From Candidatus Fervidibacter japonicus (GTDB lineage: Bacteria > Armatimonadota > Fervidibacteria > Fervidibacterales > Fervidibacteraceae), in assembly GCA_002898575.1 (NCBI GenBank), contig BEHT01000014.1, positions 6,480-70,479 on the forward strand: a stretch of 64,000 nucleotides of DNA, in the 5' to 3' direction. Position 1 is the first letter of the stretch, and every line of letters starts with the position of its first letter. Of this stretch, positions 9,760 to 19,052 are shown piece after piece. The notes under the pieces were generated by a model. It was not told the DNA's origin. It saw only the letters and a program-made list of their open reading frames with translations, and did not search any database. The position numbers and the translations under genes were made by a program.

Positions 9760-10785
9760 ATGGCTGCCAATTGGCAATCTAGCCAACCGATACAGTTCGG
9801 ACCAGGTGTCATCGTCGCCCACGGCGGGATTCATTTGCCCCGCCCGCTGGTGACCACGGACAACCCGTTAGATTTGATCGGCAACACGCCGCTGCTACGG
9901 TTGGTTAAGGTGGAAGAGATGTTGGGCAACCGACGGGTGGAAATTTATGCCAAAGCCGAATGGTTCAACCCCGGCGGTTCGGTCAAAGACCGTCCCGCTC
10001 TGTGGATGGTGTTGGACGGTGAGCGCCGGGGTTTGCTGACGCCTGACAAAACGATTTTGGACAGCACTTCAGGCAACACGGGTATCGCTTACGCCCTCAT
10101 CGGCGCCGTCAAAGGTTACCGGGTCAAGTTGGTCGTGCCCGCCAACGCCAGCGCCGAACGCAAACGCATCTTGGCGGCTTACGGAGCAGAAGTCATTTAT
10201 TCCGACCCGCTGAAGGGCTCGGACGGCGCCATTGAGTTGGCGCGGCGCATCTATGAGGAGAACCCGGACGCCTACTTTATGCCTGACCAATACAACAACC
10301 CTGCCAACCCGCAAGCCCACTATGAGACAACAGGCGTAGAAGTCTGGGAGCAAACGCACGGGCGCGTCACCCATTTCGTCGCGGGCATCGGCACCAGCGG
10401 CACGCTGATGGGCACGGGACGGCGATTGCGCGAATTCAACCCCGACATTCAAATCGTCGCCGTTGAGCCTGACTCAGGTTTTCACGGCATTGAAGGGCTC
10501 AAGCACATGCCGACTGCCATCAAACCCGGAATCTACGACCCAGATTTTCACGACGCCAAGATCTCTGTCCGCACCGAGGACGCCTACGAAGCTGTCCGTT
10601 GGCTTGCCCGTGAGTGTGGGCTACTGGTCGGTCAATCGTCGGGGGCGGCATTGGTGGGCGTGATTGAGGTGGCGAAGCGGCTGCGGGAGGGCGTTATCGT
10701 CACCGTCTTTCCTGACAGCGGCGACCGTTACTTGAGCACGCGGGTCTGGGACGCCAACACTTCACCTTGCTTGCCCAACCTTTAA
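9760..10785 (+). CDS. cysM: PLP-dependent cysteine synthase (CysM/CysK family)
   Basis: IGNTPL, KAEWFNPGGSVKDR, TSGNTG and GIGTSGT motifs. ATG 9760 follows GGAGG. Confidence 0.9.
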   Translation: MAANWQSSQPIQFGPGVIVAHGGIHLPRPLVTTDNPLDLIGNTPLLRLVKVEEMLGNRRVEIYAKAEWFNPGGSVKDRPALWMVLDGERRGLLTPDKTILDSTSGNTGIAYALIGAVKGYRVKLVVPANASAERKRILAAYGAEVIYSDPLKGSDGAIELARRIYEENPDAYFMPDQYNNPANPQAHYETTGVEVWEQTHGRVTHFVAGIGTSGTLMGTGRRLREFNPDIQIVAVEPDSGFHGIEGLKHMPTAIKPGIYDPDFHDAKISVRTEDAYEAVRWLARECGLLVGQSSGAALVGVIEVAKRLREGVIVTVFPDSGDRYLSTRVWDANTSPCLPNL

Positions 10786-10865
10786 GGCGGAGAAGCAAAA
10801 GGCGCATAACGCTGCGCCCCGCCCAAAACAAAAATGCCGCAACGGCACGGAAGCGAGGGAGCAAG

Positions 10866-11555
10866 ATGGCAGTTTGGTTTGCACCCACCGCTCGCGAGGC
10901 GATGGTTACCCATTGCCGCACCGTTTACCCGCAGGAAGGTTGCGGGATTTTGCTGGGCGAGAAAGTCGGTGGCGCATGGTTTGTCGCCCGTAGCGTTCCT
11001 GTCCCTAACACACACCCTGAACGCCAGCGCGACCGCTTTCAAATTGACCCGCGCGACTTTTTACGGGTGGAACGAGAGGCAGCGCAAGACAGGTTGAGCG
11101 TCATCGGCTTTTTCCACTCGCACCCCGATGTTCCACCTTACCCGTCGCCGACTGATGCCGCCTTCGCGTGGGTGAACTACCTGACGGTCATCGTCGCCGT
11201 CTACAATGGACGACAGGTGCGGGTGCGAAGTCACTTGTTTGAGGGCGAAGGAAAAGGGTTCACCGAGTTGCCGACCTTCGTGCTGCTGCAGCCGCCCCTG
11301 TCGGGCATTTTGACCGAACTGCCGCAGGACAGCGCCGTGCTGGACTTGACGGGTGAAGTGGAACCGTTTGTCACCCTCGCCGTCCGTTCGGCGTTGAAAA
11401 ACCGCGCCGCTGGTAGCACGATGGCGGTGCGGTTTGATTGCGAAGCGGCGCTCCACACCTTGCCCCGTTTTTTGACAGCGGACGGGCACACCCTTTGCGC
11501 CCTCGGTTGGGACGAAACAGGGGCGTGGCAGTTGTGGCTGAAAGTCAAGAAGTAG
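10866..11555 (+). CDS. JAB/MPN+ (M67, Mec-like) metallopeptidase fused to a C-terminal TusA/SirA-like domain
   Basis: YPQEGCG and the JAMM motif FHSHPD.PPYPS.TD. The C-terminal ~75 aa (LDLTGEVEPF...LP...GH...) follow the TusA pattern. Confidence 0.8.
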   Translation: MAVWFAPTAREAMVTHCRTVYPQEGCGILLGEKVGGAWFVARSVPVPNTHPERQRDRFQIDPRDFLRVEREAAQDRLSVIGFFHSHPDVPPYPSPTDAAFAWVNYLTVIVAVYNGRQVRVRSHLFEGEGKGFTELPTFVLLQPPLSGILTELPQDSAVLDLTGEVEPFVTLAVRSALKNRAAGSTMAVRFDCEAALHTLPRFLTADGHTLCALGWDETGAWQLWLKVKK

Positions 11556-13452
11556 CGGCGCTCTGTTGCAAGTAAACCCGTTTGTCGTCCCGCACGCCTT
11601 CGCCGATTTTGTTAAAGTCCATCGTCCAAAAACCGGGTTGGTGTGGGACGCGGGTGAACATCGGGTAGGCGCAAAGCAGCGACGCCAGCACCCGTTTGGT
11701 CGTTCGGCGCAACACATTCAACTCCGACCACAGCCGCAAAAAATGCACGCCTTGCGGGTGCTGCGTCAACAGCGATTGCAACAGGACGACCAAAGGCGCT
11801 TGGCGGATCGTTTCGTGTGCGGCGAACTGGCACAGTTCATCTAAACGGGAAGGGGGGATGTGTAACCAGCGGTCGTAACGGTTCGTCCAGCGCAACTGCA
11901 CCTGACCGCTTTTTGCCCGCTCCAACCGCACGATCCCGCCGACACCGATTGGGTGTCGTTGATACCACTCCCGCAAGCCGAACAAAAGCCCCAACGATAA
12001 GTTGACCCACAAGGGCACTTCCACTTGCGTTTCATCGGTTGCCAACAGGAATTGCAGCGGCGGCTCCGGCGCAAAAAACCCCTCGTCAATGCGACGGATT
12101 TTGAGCGTTCCCGCTAACAGGTGCGGGTAAGTGACGGCGATATCCAGCCGTTTGGTCGGTTTGCGTTCGGACGGCACAATCACATCGTCCCGTTCGCCCA
12201 CTTCCTCGTAAGCAGGGTCTTGGATGAACTGGCGCAAATCTTCGTCCAATGCGTCCACCGGCAACACCAAATCAAATTGTCCCGCCAAATTAGCAGGGGG
12301 CGCAGGAACGGGAGGCGGAACCAACACGGATGGAACTTCGTGCACGCCTGTCGGCGTTTTGTCCGCTAACCACCAACAGTGCGTCCCAAACGCAGCAAAA
12401 CGCGGGTCAGACCGCAGCAGTTTGTCCACCGCCCGCAGCGTCGGAGCGTAATCGGGGTCTAACGGCAAAACTTCCAGCACCTGCTCTACCACGCGTTCCA
12501 ACGCAACAGGGTGCGGTTGCTCCGCCAGCCATTGGACAATTTCGTCGGCGTCTTCTTGGCTAAGCCGCACGGTCGGTTCTTTCGGCGACGGTGGCGCCGC
12601 CAATATGCGGCTCACATCCCCATGCCGAGCCCGTTGCATCGCGTTCGCTTGCAACTCGTCCGATTGCTCTATCAACGCCTTCAATGCCGCTGTCCAACTT
12701 GCGTCTGTGGCGCAGTAACCTAACGCCATCTTGCGCACCGCCGCCGCTTCCAAAATTTGCCCCAGCACAGCGACACTGTCCCACCGTTCCGCACTGTTCG
12801 CCCAAAGCGCAAACAGGAGTTCGCGGTGGCTCAACGGCATCGCCGCTGCGTCCAGCATAGCGACCGTCGCTTCAACGGCGTCCGTGATAGATGTCGGCAC
12901 AAGGGTCAGCAACCAATCGGCGAACGCCTCACGCTGCCAAAATTCCCGCTCCTTTGCCTCCTCCACCGTTGCCCCTTCCACATCGGGCAGCCAGTCGGTC
13001 AGCCCGAACCGCTCATCGTCAAGGGCAAAAAAAGTTTGTCCCAACCGAGATCGCACGAAGAGGGCAACGCGTTCGGCTATTTGGTCGGCGGGTTGCCCCC
13101 GCAGCGGGGCAAGCAATTCCGCCACTTCGGTCACGGTTGTGGGGGTGCCTTTGAGCCGCAAAATGCTCGTCACCAAACCGCCCAAGGGAGCGATTGACGC
13201 CTCTTGCCGCCAACGAAAATCCCATCGGCGTCCCAACAAAACGAAATGCTCGCATTCCCGCAGGATGCGGCGCACCAAACCCAAAAACAGTGTCGTTCCG
13301 TCCAATTGGGTCAACTCCGTCGTGCGAATGGGTGTCGGTTGTCGCCACAGGACTTGCGCCGCCTGATGAATGACCAACAGTTTCGCCCGCTCCCGTCGCT
13401 CCGCCTCGGGGTCAAACCCCGCTGCCTGCCACGCGTTCAAACCTTCTGCCAT
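11545..13452 (-). CDS. Hypothetical protein with repeated putative winged-helix (RNAP delta/HARE-HTH-like) modules
   Basis: 635-aa ORF with backbone-like codon usage that overlaps the rimO stop. Repeated motifs: F.....RFGLTDWLP and LLRSDPRFAAFG..CWWL. Confidence 0.7.
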   Translation of the reverse strand: MAEGLNAWQAAGFDPEAERRERAKLLVIHQAAQVLWRQPTPIRTTELTQLDGTTLFLGLVRRILRECEHFVLLGRRWDFRWRQEASIAPLGGLVTSILRLKGTPTTVTEVAELLAPLRGQPADQIAERVALFVRSRLGQTFFALDDERFGLTDWLPDVEGATVEEAKEREFWQREAFADWLLTLVPTSITDAVEATVAMLDAAAMPLSHRELLFALWANSAERWDSVAVLGQILEAAAVRKMALGYCATDASWTAALKALIEQSDELQANAMQRARHGDVSRILAAPPSPKEPTVRLSQEDADEIVQWLAEQPHPVALERVVEQVLEVLPLDPDYAPTLRAVDKLLRSDPRFAAFGTHCWWLADKTPTGVHEVPSVLVPPPVPAPPANLAGQFDLVLPVDALDEDLRQFIQDPAYEEVGERDDVIVPSERKPTKRLDIAVTYPHLLAGTLKIRRIDEGFFAPEPPLQFLLATDETQVEVPLWVNLSLGLLFGLREWYQRHPIGVGGIVRLERAKSGQVQLRWTNRYDRWLHIPPSRLDELCQFAAHETIRQAPLVVLLQSLLTQHPQGVHFLRLWSELNVLRRTTKRVLASLLCAYPMFTRVPHQPGFWTMDFNKIGEGVRDDKRVYLQQSAATS

Positions 13453-14812
13453 TGGCTTGCCCCCTTTCGCCGGCGGTCTCTGCTAAGACGGCGTGCAAAT
13501 CGTAAATGTCTGCCTTGACCACTGTCACCCGCACGAACGCCCCCAGTTGCCCGTCCCTCGGGGCACGGGAGGCGACGAAAACCGTCCCGTCAATTTCAGG
13601 CGCTTCATATTGCGACCGCGCTTCGTAGCGGTGGTGGCGGCGGTCAAACCGCTCTAAAACGACTTCCAACTCCCGCCCGACAAACCGCTCGTTACGCTGG
13701 CGCGCAATCTCTTGCTGCAAAGTTAGCAGCCGGCTGCGGCGTTCCTCAGCGATTTCGCGCGGCACCTGATGGGGCATCTGGGCAGCGGGCGTCCCGCTTT
13801 CGGGCGAAAAGACGAACACCCCCAAACGGTCAAATCGCATCGCCCGCACAAACTCCGACAGGTGCTCAAAATGCCGCTCTGTCTCGCCGGGAAAGCCGAC
13901 GATGAAAGTCGTGCGGATCGCGATGTCAGGCATCGCTGCCCTTAAGCGTTCAATCAAACGGGCGTAAAACTCCGCATCGCCGCCCCGTTGCATCGCCCGC
14001 AGGATGTCGGGATGACTGTGTTGCAATGGGATGTCAATGTAGCGGGCGACAGACTCGCTTTCCGCCATCGCCGCTATCAAGCGGTCGGATACCGCTGTCG
14101 GGTAGCAGTAAAGCAACCGCAGCCATTTGATCCCGTCAAGGTGCGCGAGGCGGCGCACCAATTCAGGCAACATCGGTTTGCCATACAAGTCCACGCCGTA
14201 GCGGGTCGTGTCTTGGGCAATCAAAATCAACTCCCGCACGCCCTGTTCCACCAACGCGTGGGCTTCTGCTTCCAGTTCGTCCATCGGGCGACTGCGTTGC
14301 CTACCGCGAATGGCGGGGATAGCGCAAAAGGTGCAAGTGCGGTCGCAGCCTTCGGCGATTTTCAGGTAGGCATACCAGTGGGGCGTGCTGACGATTCGGG
14401 GCGCGTAGGGGGGCTCTGCCAGCACCGCTTGACGCCGCAACCGAACGCCCAATTTTTGAGCGACGACTTCGGCGATGCGGTCCAATTCCAAAACACCCAA
14501 ACACGCATCCACTTCAGGCACGCGCCGGCGCACCAATTCAGGAAAGCGCGAGACGAGGCACCCTGCGGCAATCAACATGCGACAATTGCCCGTGCGCTTG
14601 AGCCGCGCTAAGCGGCGCAAATGTGCCAACGACTCGTTGACCGCCGCTTGCAGAAAGCCGCAGGTATTGACGATGATGACCTCGGCGCTTTCCACATCGG
14701 GCGTCAACGCAAACCCTCTTTCCGCCAACCAGCCGAGCATCCGCTCACTGTCCACCAAGTTTTTGGGACAACCCAGCGAAACGACCGCACAACGGATGAG
14801 TGAACGCCCCAT
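13412..14812 (-). CDS. rimO: Ribosomal protein S12 methylthiotransferase RimO
   Basis: SLGCPKNLVDSE, NTCGF, radical-SAM C.R.C.FC, and a C-terminal TRAM domain with APEIDG. Confidence 0.96.
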   Translation of the reverse strand: MGRSLIRCAVVSLGCPKNLVDSERMLGWLAERGFALTPDVESAEVIIVNTCGFLQAAVNESLAHLRRLARLKRTGNCRMLIAAGCLVSRFPELVRRRVPEVDACLGVLELDRIAEVVAQKLGVRLRRQAVLAEPPYAPRIVSTPHWYAYLKIAEGCDRTCTFCAIPAIRGRQRSRPMDELEAEAHALVEQGVRELILIAQDTTRYGVDLYGKPMLPELVRRLAHLDGIKWLRLLYCYPTAVSDRLIAAMAESESVARYIDIPLQHSHPDILRAMQRGGDAEFYARLIERLRAAMPDIAIRTTFIVGFPGETERHFEHLSEFVRAMRFDRLGVFVFSPESGTPAAQMPHQVPREIAEERRSRLLTLQQEIARQRNERFVGRELEVVLERFDRRHHRYEARSQYEAPEIDGTVFVASRAPRDGQLGAFVRVTVVKADIYDLHAVLAETAGERGQANGRRFERVAGSGV

Positions 14813-15012
14813 GCGTTCCGTCGCTCCTTAACGGCGCGTCAGATTGGGATGTGACACAACTGGCGACCTGTCGCCCTCTCACGCGCGTGAGACTTTGGAT
14901 AAAAAGTGCGTCGCTCCCAAAGGCGGCGAGATGGACCGCCACAATTTTGGCACAAATTTTCGTCCCTTCCGAGGGAAAGCGCACCAAACTTTTTTGACGG
15001 GGTGACGCCTGC

Positions 15013-16452
15013 ATGCCCTTGCCGTCAACGGTTGCCGTCTTGGGCTTGGGACTTTCAGGGTGCGCTACGGCTGAAGCCTTGTTGCGACGGGGCGTTCAAG
15101 TCATCGCCGCCGACGAAAAACCGTTGGACGCCCTATCGGCGCGGGAGCGCGTTCGTCACTTGGCAGAACAAGGCGTTGAATTGGTGCTCGGCGCCGGCGC
15201 GTTTGAGCGCCTGCGGCAATGGCGCTTGCCCCTCGCCATCATCAGCCCCGGCATTTGCGTCCATCGCCCCGACATTCAAGCCCTCGTGCAAGCGGGCACG
15301 GAACTCTGGAGCGAAGTGGAACTGGGCTATCGGTTATTGATGTGCGAGCGGGGCGAGGGCACCTTCCACCTCATCGCCATCACGGGCACGAAGGGCAAAA
15401 CGACGACAGCCTATTTGACGGCTGCCATGCTGCAAGCGTCTGGGCTGCCGACCGTGTTGGCAGGCAATGTCGGGGTGCCGTTGGTCTGTTGCGCCGACGA
15501 GCACAAGGGCGCCACACACTTCGTCGTGGAAGTCAGCAGTTTTCAACTCGCTACTTGCCATACTTTTCGCCCCGCCATCGCTGCCTTAACGATGCTGTCC
15601 GTAGACCACTTGGATTGGCACCAAAGCGTGGACGAATACTGGAACGCTAAGGCGAAACTGTTTGCCCATCAGCGCTACGGCGACGATTGGGCGGTGCTCA
15701 ACGCTGACGATGCCGGCAGCCGTTGGATGGCGGGCAAAGTCAGAACCCGGATTTTGTGGTGCGGCAAGGAGGTGATGGCAAGTTGCGTCTATTGCACCCA
15801 TTGGGTCAGCGACGACGGCGCCATCCTTTGGGCGAACTTGGGTGAAGGCAAGTTCCCAGTTCTGCGCCTTGTGGAATTTCCGCTGCCTGGCGAGCACAAC
15901 AAAAGCAACTTGCGCATCGCCGTCGGCACGGCGTTGTTGGCGGGCGCAGCGCCCGACCGAATCGCCGACGCGGTGCGCGACTTTAAAGGTGTGCCCCATC
16001 GGTTGGAATTTGTCGCCGAAGTGAACGGTGTGCGGTTTTTCAACGATTCGGCGGCGACGATACCCGATGCCGCTGCTGCCGCCACGCGGGCGTTTTCCGC
16101 ACCCGTCATCCTGATTGCGGGCGGGCGAGACAAAGGCGGCCGTTGGGACAGCTTTGCGGCAGCCATCAAAGGGCGCGTGAAAGCCCTCATCGCCCTCGGC
16201 GAATTTGCCGAACGGCTGATGGACATCGCCCACCATGCAGGCGTTCCCACCATTTTGCGCGCCAGCGATATGGACGACGCGGTGCAACAAGCGATGGCGC
16301 TGGCGCAGCGGGGTGATGTCGTTTTGTTGTCGCCAGGGTGCGCCAGTTTTGACCAGTTCGCCAACTACGCTCAGCGAGGCGAGGCGTTCAAAGCCGCCGT
16401 CCGTCGCTTGATAGCGACCAGTTCCCTTAACACCCCAGACCGTCACGGCTAA
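15013..16452 (+). CDS. murD: UDP-N-acetylmuramoyl-L-alanine--D-glutamate ligase
   Basis: GLGLSG, ITGTKGKTTT, VEVSSFQL, HRLEFV, NDS and LLSPGCASFDQF motifs. Confidence 0.96.
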   Translation: MPLPSTVAVLGLGLSGCATAEALLRRGVQVIAADEKPLDALSARERVRHLAEQGVELVLGAGAFERLRQWRLPLAIISPGICVHRPDIQALVQAGTELWSEVELGYRLLMCERGEGTFHLIAITGTKGKTTTAYLTAAMLQASGLPTVLAGNVGVPLVCCADEHKGATHFVVEVSSFQLATCHTFRPAIAALTMLSVDHLDWHQSVDEYWNAKAKLFAHQRYGDDWAVLNADDAGSRWMAGKVRTRILWCGKEVMASCVYCTHWVSDDGAILWANLGEGKFPVLRLVEFPLPGEHNKSNLRIAVGTALLAGAAPDRIADAVRDFKGVPHRLEFVAEVNGVRFFNDSAATIPDAAAAATRAFSAPVILIAGGRDKGGRWDSFAAAIKGRVKALIALGEFAERLMDIAHHAGVPTILRASDMDDAVQQAMALAQRGDVVLLSPGCASFDQFANYAQRGEAFKAAVRRLIATSSLNTPDRHG

Positions 16453-16493
16453 ATTTTTGGCAAAGCGCGCAAACCTTTCGGAGGTGAACGCCG

Positions 16494-17285
16494 ATGCGGC
16501 AACGGCTGGGTCGGTGGCAGTGCCTTGAAAACGGGACGGTCGTCGGCGCCGCCCGCCACACTGCTGCGTGGGGTTTCACCCTCATTGAGTTGCTCGTGGT
16601 GATTGCGATCATCGCCATTCTGGCGGCAATCCTGTTCCCCGTGTTCAGTCGCGCCCGCGAGAAAGCCCGCCAAGCTTCCTGCCTGTCAAACACCCGCCAG
16701 TTGGCGACAGGCACGCTGCAATATGTGCAGGACTACGACGAAACTTTCCCGATGAATGTCTACCTTGCTTCCAACGCAGCAGGGCAACCGTGTGCGTTCA
16801 CCGTGCTGTCAGCGGTGGAGCCTTACATGCGCAACCGGCAGATTTTTCAGTGCCCGTCAGAGCCCCGCGCTTTAGATGTCCACGCCGGCTTCCAAGCCTT
16901 GGGACTGCCCGGCGGCGAGTGCAACGCCTTTCAAGCCGCCAGTTACATGGCGAACTTTGACCTGTTTGAGAACGGTCATCTCCCGCCGCTGCAATGGGCG
17001 GTCGCCCCTGTTCGCTTAGCGGAAGTCGCTAACCCCGCCGAGACGACGATGGATTGGGACGGCAATTTGACGGGCACCGCGGCGAACCCGTGCGGCTTCA
17101 CTTTGTTCCAAGCCCCGATCCAAGGGCGCCATTCGGAATTTGCCGATGTCAATTTCGTGGACGGGCACACGAAAGCGATGAAGGTGCGGGCGACCGGATG
17201 CACAGGTTTTAACTTGAACAATCAACCGTTGCCGCAATGGTGTGTGGCATGGCAAGGAACCTTACATGCGTCCTTGTGGCTCTAA
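16494..17285 (+). CDS. DUF1559 family prepilin-type N-terminal cleavage/methylation protein (H-X9-DG); the C-terminus probably extends to 17367 via a frameshift
   Basis: [40 protein letters not shown] and [13 protein letters not shown] motifs. Confidence 0.9.
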   Translation: MRQRLGRWQCLENGTVVGAARHTAAWGFTLIELLVVIAIIAILAAILFPVFSRAREKARQASCLSNTRQLATGTLQYVQDYDETFPMNVYLASNAAGQPCAFTVLSAVEPYMRNRQIFQCPSEPRALDVHAGFQALGLPGGECNAFQAASYMANFDLFENGHLPPLQWAVAPVRLAEVANPAETTMDWDGNLTGTAANPCGFTLFQAPIQGRHSEFADVNFVDGHTKAMKVRATGCTGFNLNNQPLPQWCVAWQGTLHASLWL

Positions 17286-17411
17286 TACTGCTTCGGGATG
17301 CGTCTACGACCCGCGCGGCATCGCCAGTCAAGACCAATTGGGTCCGTGTTACCGTCCCTTGCGGTGATATCCTGTCCCTTAGGGAGCAATGAGACAACTT
17401 TGGTCGTTGCT

Positions 17412-18923
17412 CTACCGGCGATCTGCGGTGCTGCGGGGACAGCGTCTTCCGAGACATTGTTTTGGGGAAGGGCTCTGCGCATTGGCGGCGGCGTTATCTT
17501 GCCCTAACCAAGCCGTCACTCCGACGAGCAGCATCAACAGCAGTAGGGTCTGAACGCCTGTCAGCGGTGCGACATGAATGACCGCGTAAGGAAAACCCGC
17601 GAACAAATGGGCTGTCGCAACGACCCATTTTGCTATCTCGCCCGCAGCGAGGCTCAGGGGCATCGCCAGCAAAGGCGCGGCAAGGGAAAGCAACGCGGCG
17701 ACGAAACCACATGTGAGCGCGGCAGAAGCAGGCATTAACGCAAACCAATTAGCGACGGGCGCAACGACACTGATGCGCCCGAAGTAGTGCGCCAACAGAG
17801 GCGTTAAAAACAACTGGGCGCTTAAAGTCGCTGCCATCGGGAACCACAACCACTCTGGTAACCAACGCAACCAACGCAGTAGCGACGGCGTGGCGTAAAT
17901 CAAGCCAAAGGTAGCAGCGTAAGACAGTTGAAACCCTGCATCGTGCAACATCGCAGGCTCTAATGCGATGAGGAGTGCGGAACTCAGCCAAAGAGCGGTG
18001 TGCCAATCCACATCGCGGAACCATTGCCATCCCCCAAAGGCGTAAAGCCCCATCAGCACCGCCCGAAAAATGCTCGGCTCACCGCGCGTTAAGGGCAAAT
18101 AGAAACTGAGCAGCAATAGGAGTAGCGGGAGCGGGGGCAAGTTCAGGGTGCGATACGCCAGCCACGCCAAACCCATGAGCAAAGTGACTTGCGAACCGGA
18201 TGGGACGAACAGGTGAGCCAAACCCGAACGGGTAAAGGCAACTTCATCGGCTTCGCTGACGGCGACGGTGCGCATCCCAAAGACGATGCTGGCAAGGGCT
18301 GCCATCGTGGCAGTTCGCTCCCTCATCGGCAACGACCGCTGCCATCGCTCAAAGACAAACTTTCGCCACTGTTCTCGCTTTTGCTGCCAGACAAAGGCAT
18401 CGTGACGGTGGTTGAGCCAACGAATTACCTCATGTTCTGCGCGTCCCAGCCAAAAGATGCGTTGAAAGCGCAACCGTCGCCAGTTTGTCGCCCGCCCCCA
18501 AAACTTTTCCACTCGCACCACATCACCTATTTGCCATTGAGGCAACTCATCGGTGCGGATGGAGATTTGGACAAAAGCGTCGCTCCCTTGCTCATTGCGA
18601 ACTTGTAGCAGCAAGCGATACCCATCTTTTGTCAATAGCGGGGCAGATGCGACAATGCCGTCAAAAGGCGGTTGAAGGTCAGGTGGGACAGGTGGCAATC
18701 GCCAACGGGTTAAGCCGCAACCGAGCGCCAATGCGCAAACTGTCCCCCAGAAAAGGCGTTGCGGAGGGAAAGCGATTGAGCAAAGAAGGGAAAACGCAGC
18801 CAGCACGAACGCAATGACGAGCACAGCCTTCACCTCGGGCAACCCCGCTTCCAGCAACGCCCCCGCCGAAAACGCCGCACCGATCACCGCCAACGGTCTC
18901 CTCACCAACCAATCCCACTTCAT
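17412..18923 (-). CDS. comEC: ComEC/Rec2 family competence membrane protein (no C-terminal metallo-beta-lactamase domain)
   Basis: SGLAHLFVPSGSQV, PSIFRAVLM and GFQLSYAAT motifs; multiple hydrophobic segments. Confidence 0.88.
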   Translation of the reverse strand: MKWDWLVRRPLAVIGAAFSAGALLEAGLPEVKAVLVIAFVLAAFSLLCSIAFPPQRLFWGTVCALALGCGLTRWRLPPVPPDLQPPFDGIVASAPLLTKDGYRLLLQVRNEQGSDAFVQISIRTDELPQWQIGDVVRVEKFWGRATNWRRLRFQRIFWLGRAEHEVIRWLNHRHDAFVWQQKREQWRKFVFERWQRSLPMRERTATMAALASIVFGMRTVAVSEADEVAFTRSGLAHLFVPSGSQVTLLMGLAWLAYRTLNLPPLPLLLLLLSFYLPLTRGEPSIFRAVLMGLYAFGGWQWFRDVDWHTALWLSSALLIALEPAMLHDAGFQLSYAATFGLIYATPSLLRWLRWLPEWLWFPMAATLSAQLFLTPLLAHYFGRISVVAPVANWFALMPASAALTCGFVAALLSLAAPLLAMPLSLAAGEIAKWVVATAHLFAGFPYAVIHVAPLTGVQTLLLLMLLVGVTAWLGQDNAAANAQSPSPKQCLGRRCPRSTADRR

Positions 18924-19052
18924 TTTGCCAACACCTGTAAAAGTTTTTGGCACAAGCATAATAGAAACGCCAGTGACAATGATGACACAATTTAGGCGGA
19001 TGGAAACGGCAAACTCAGGGAAACTGTGAGTGAAGAATTCGTTAGGGGGGAG

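Noticed and set aside
16494-18923. DUF1559 pilin-like gene plus comEC as a dedicated DNA-uptake locus
   Set aside because: The genes are convergent, and DUF1559 genes are typically numerous and scattered in such genomes, so adjacency is weak evidence.
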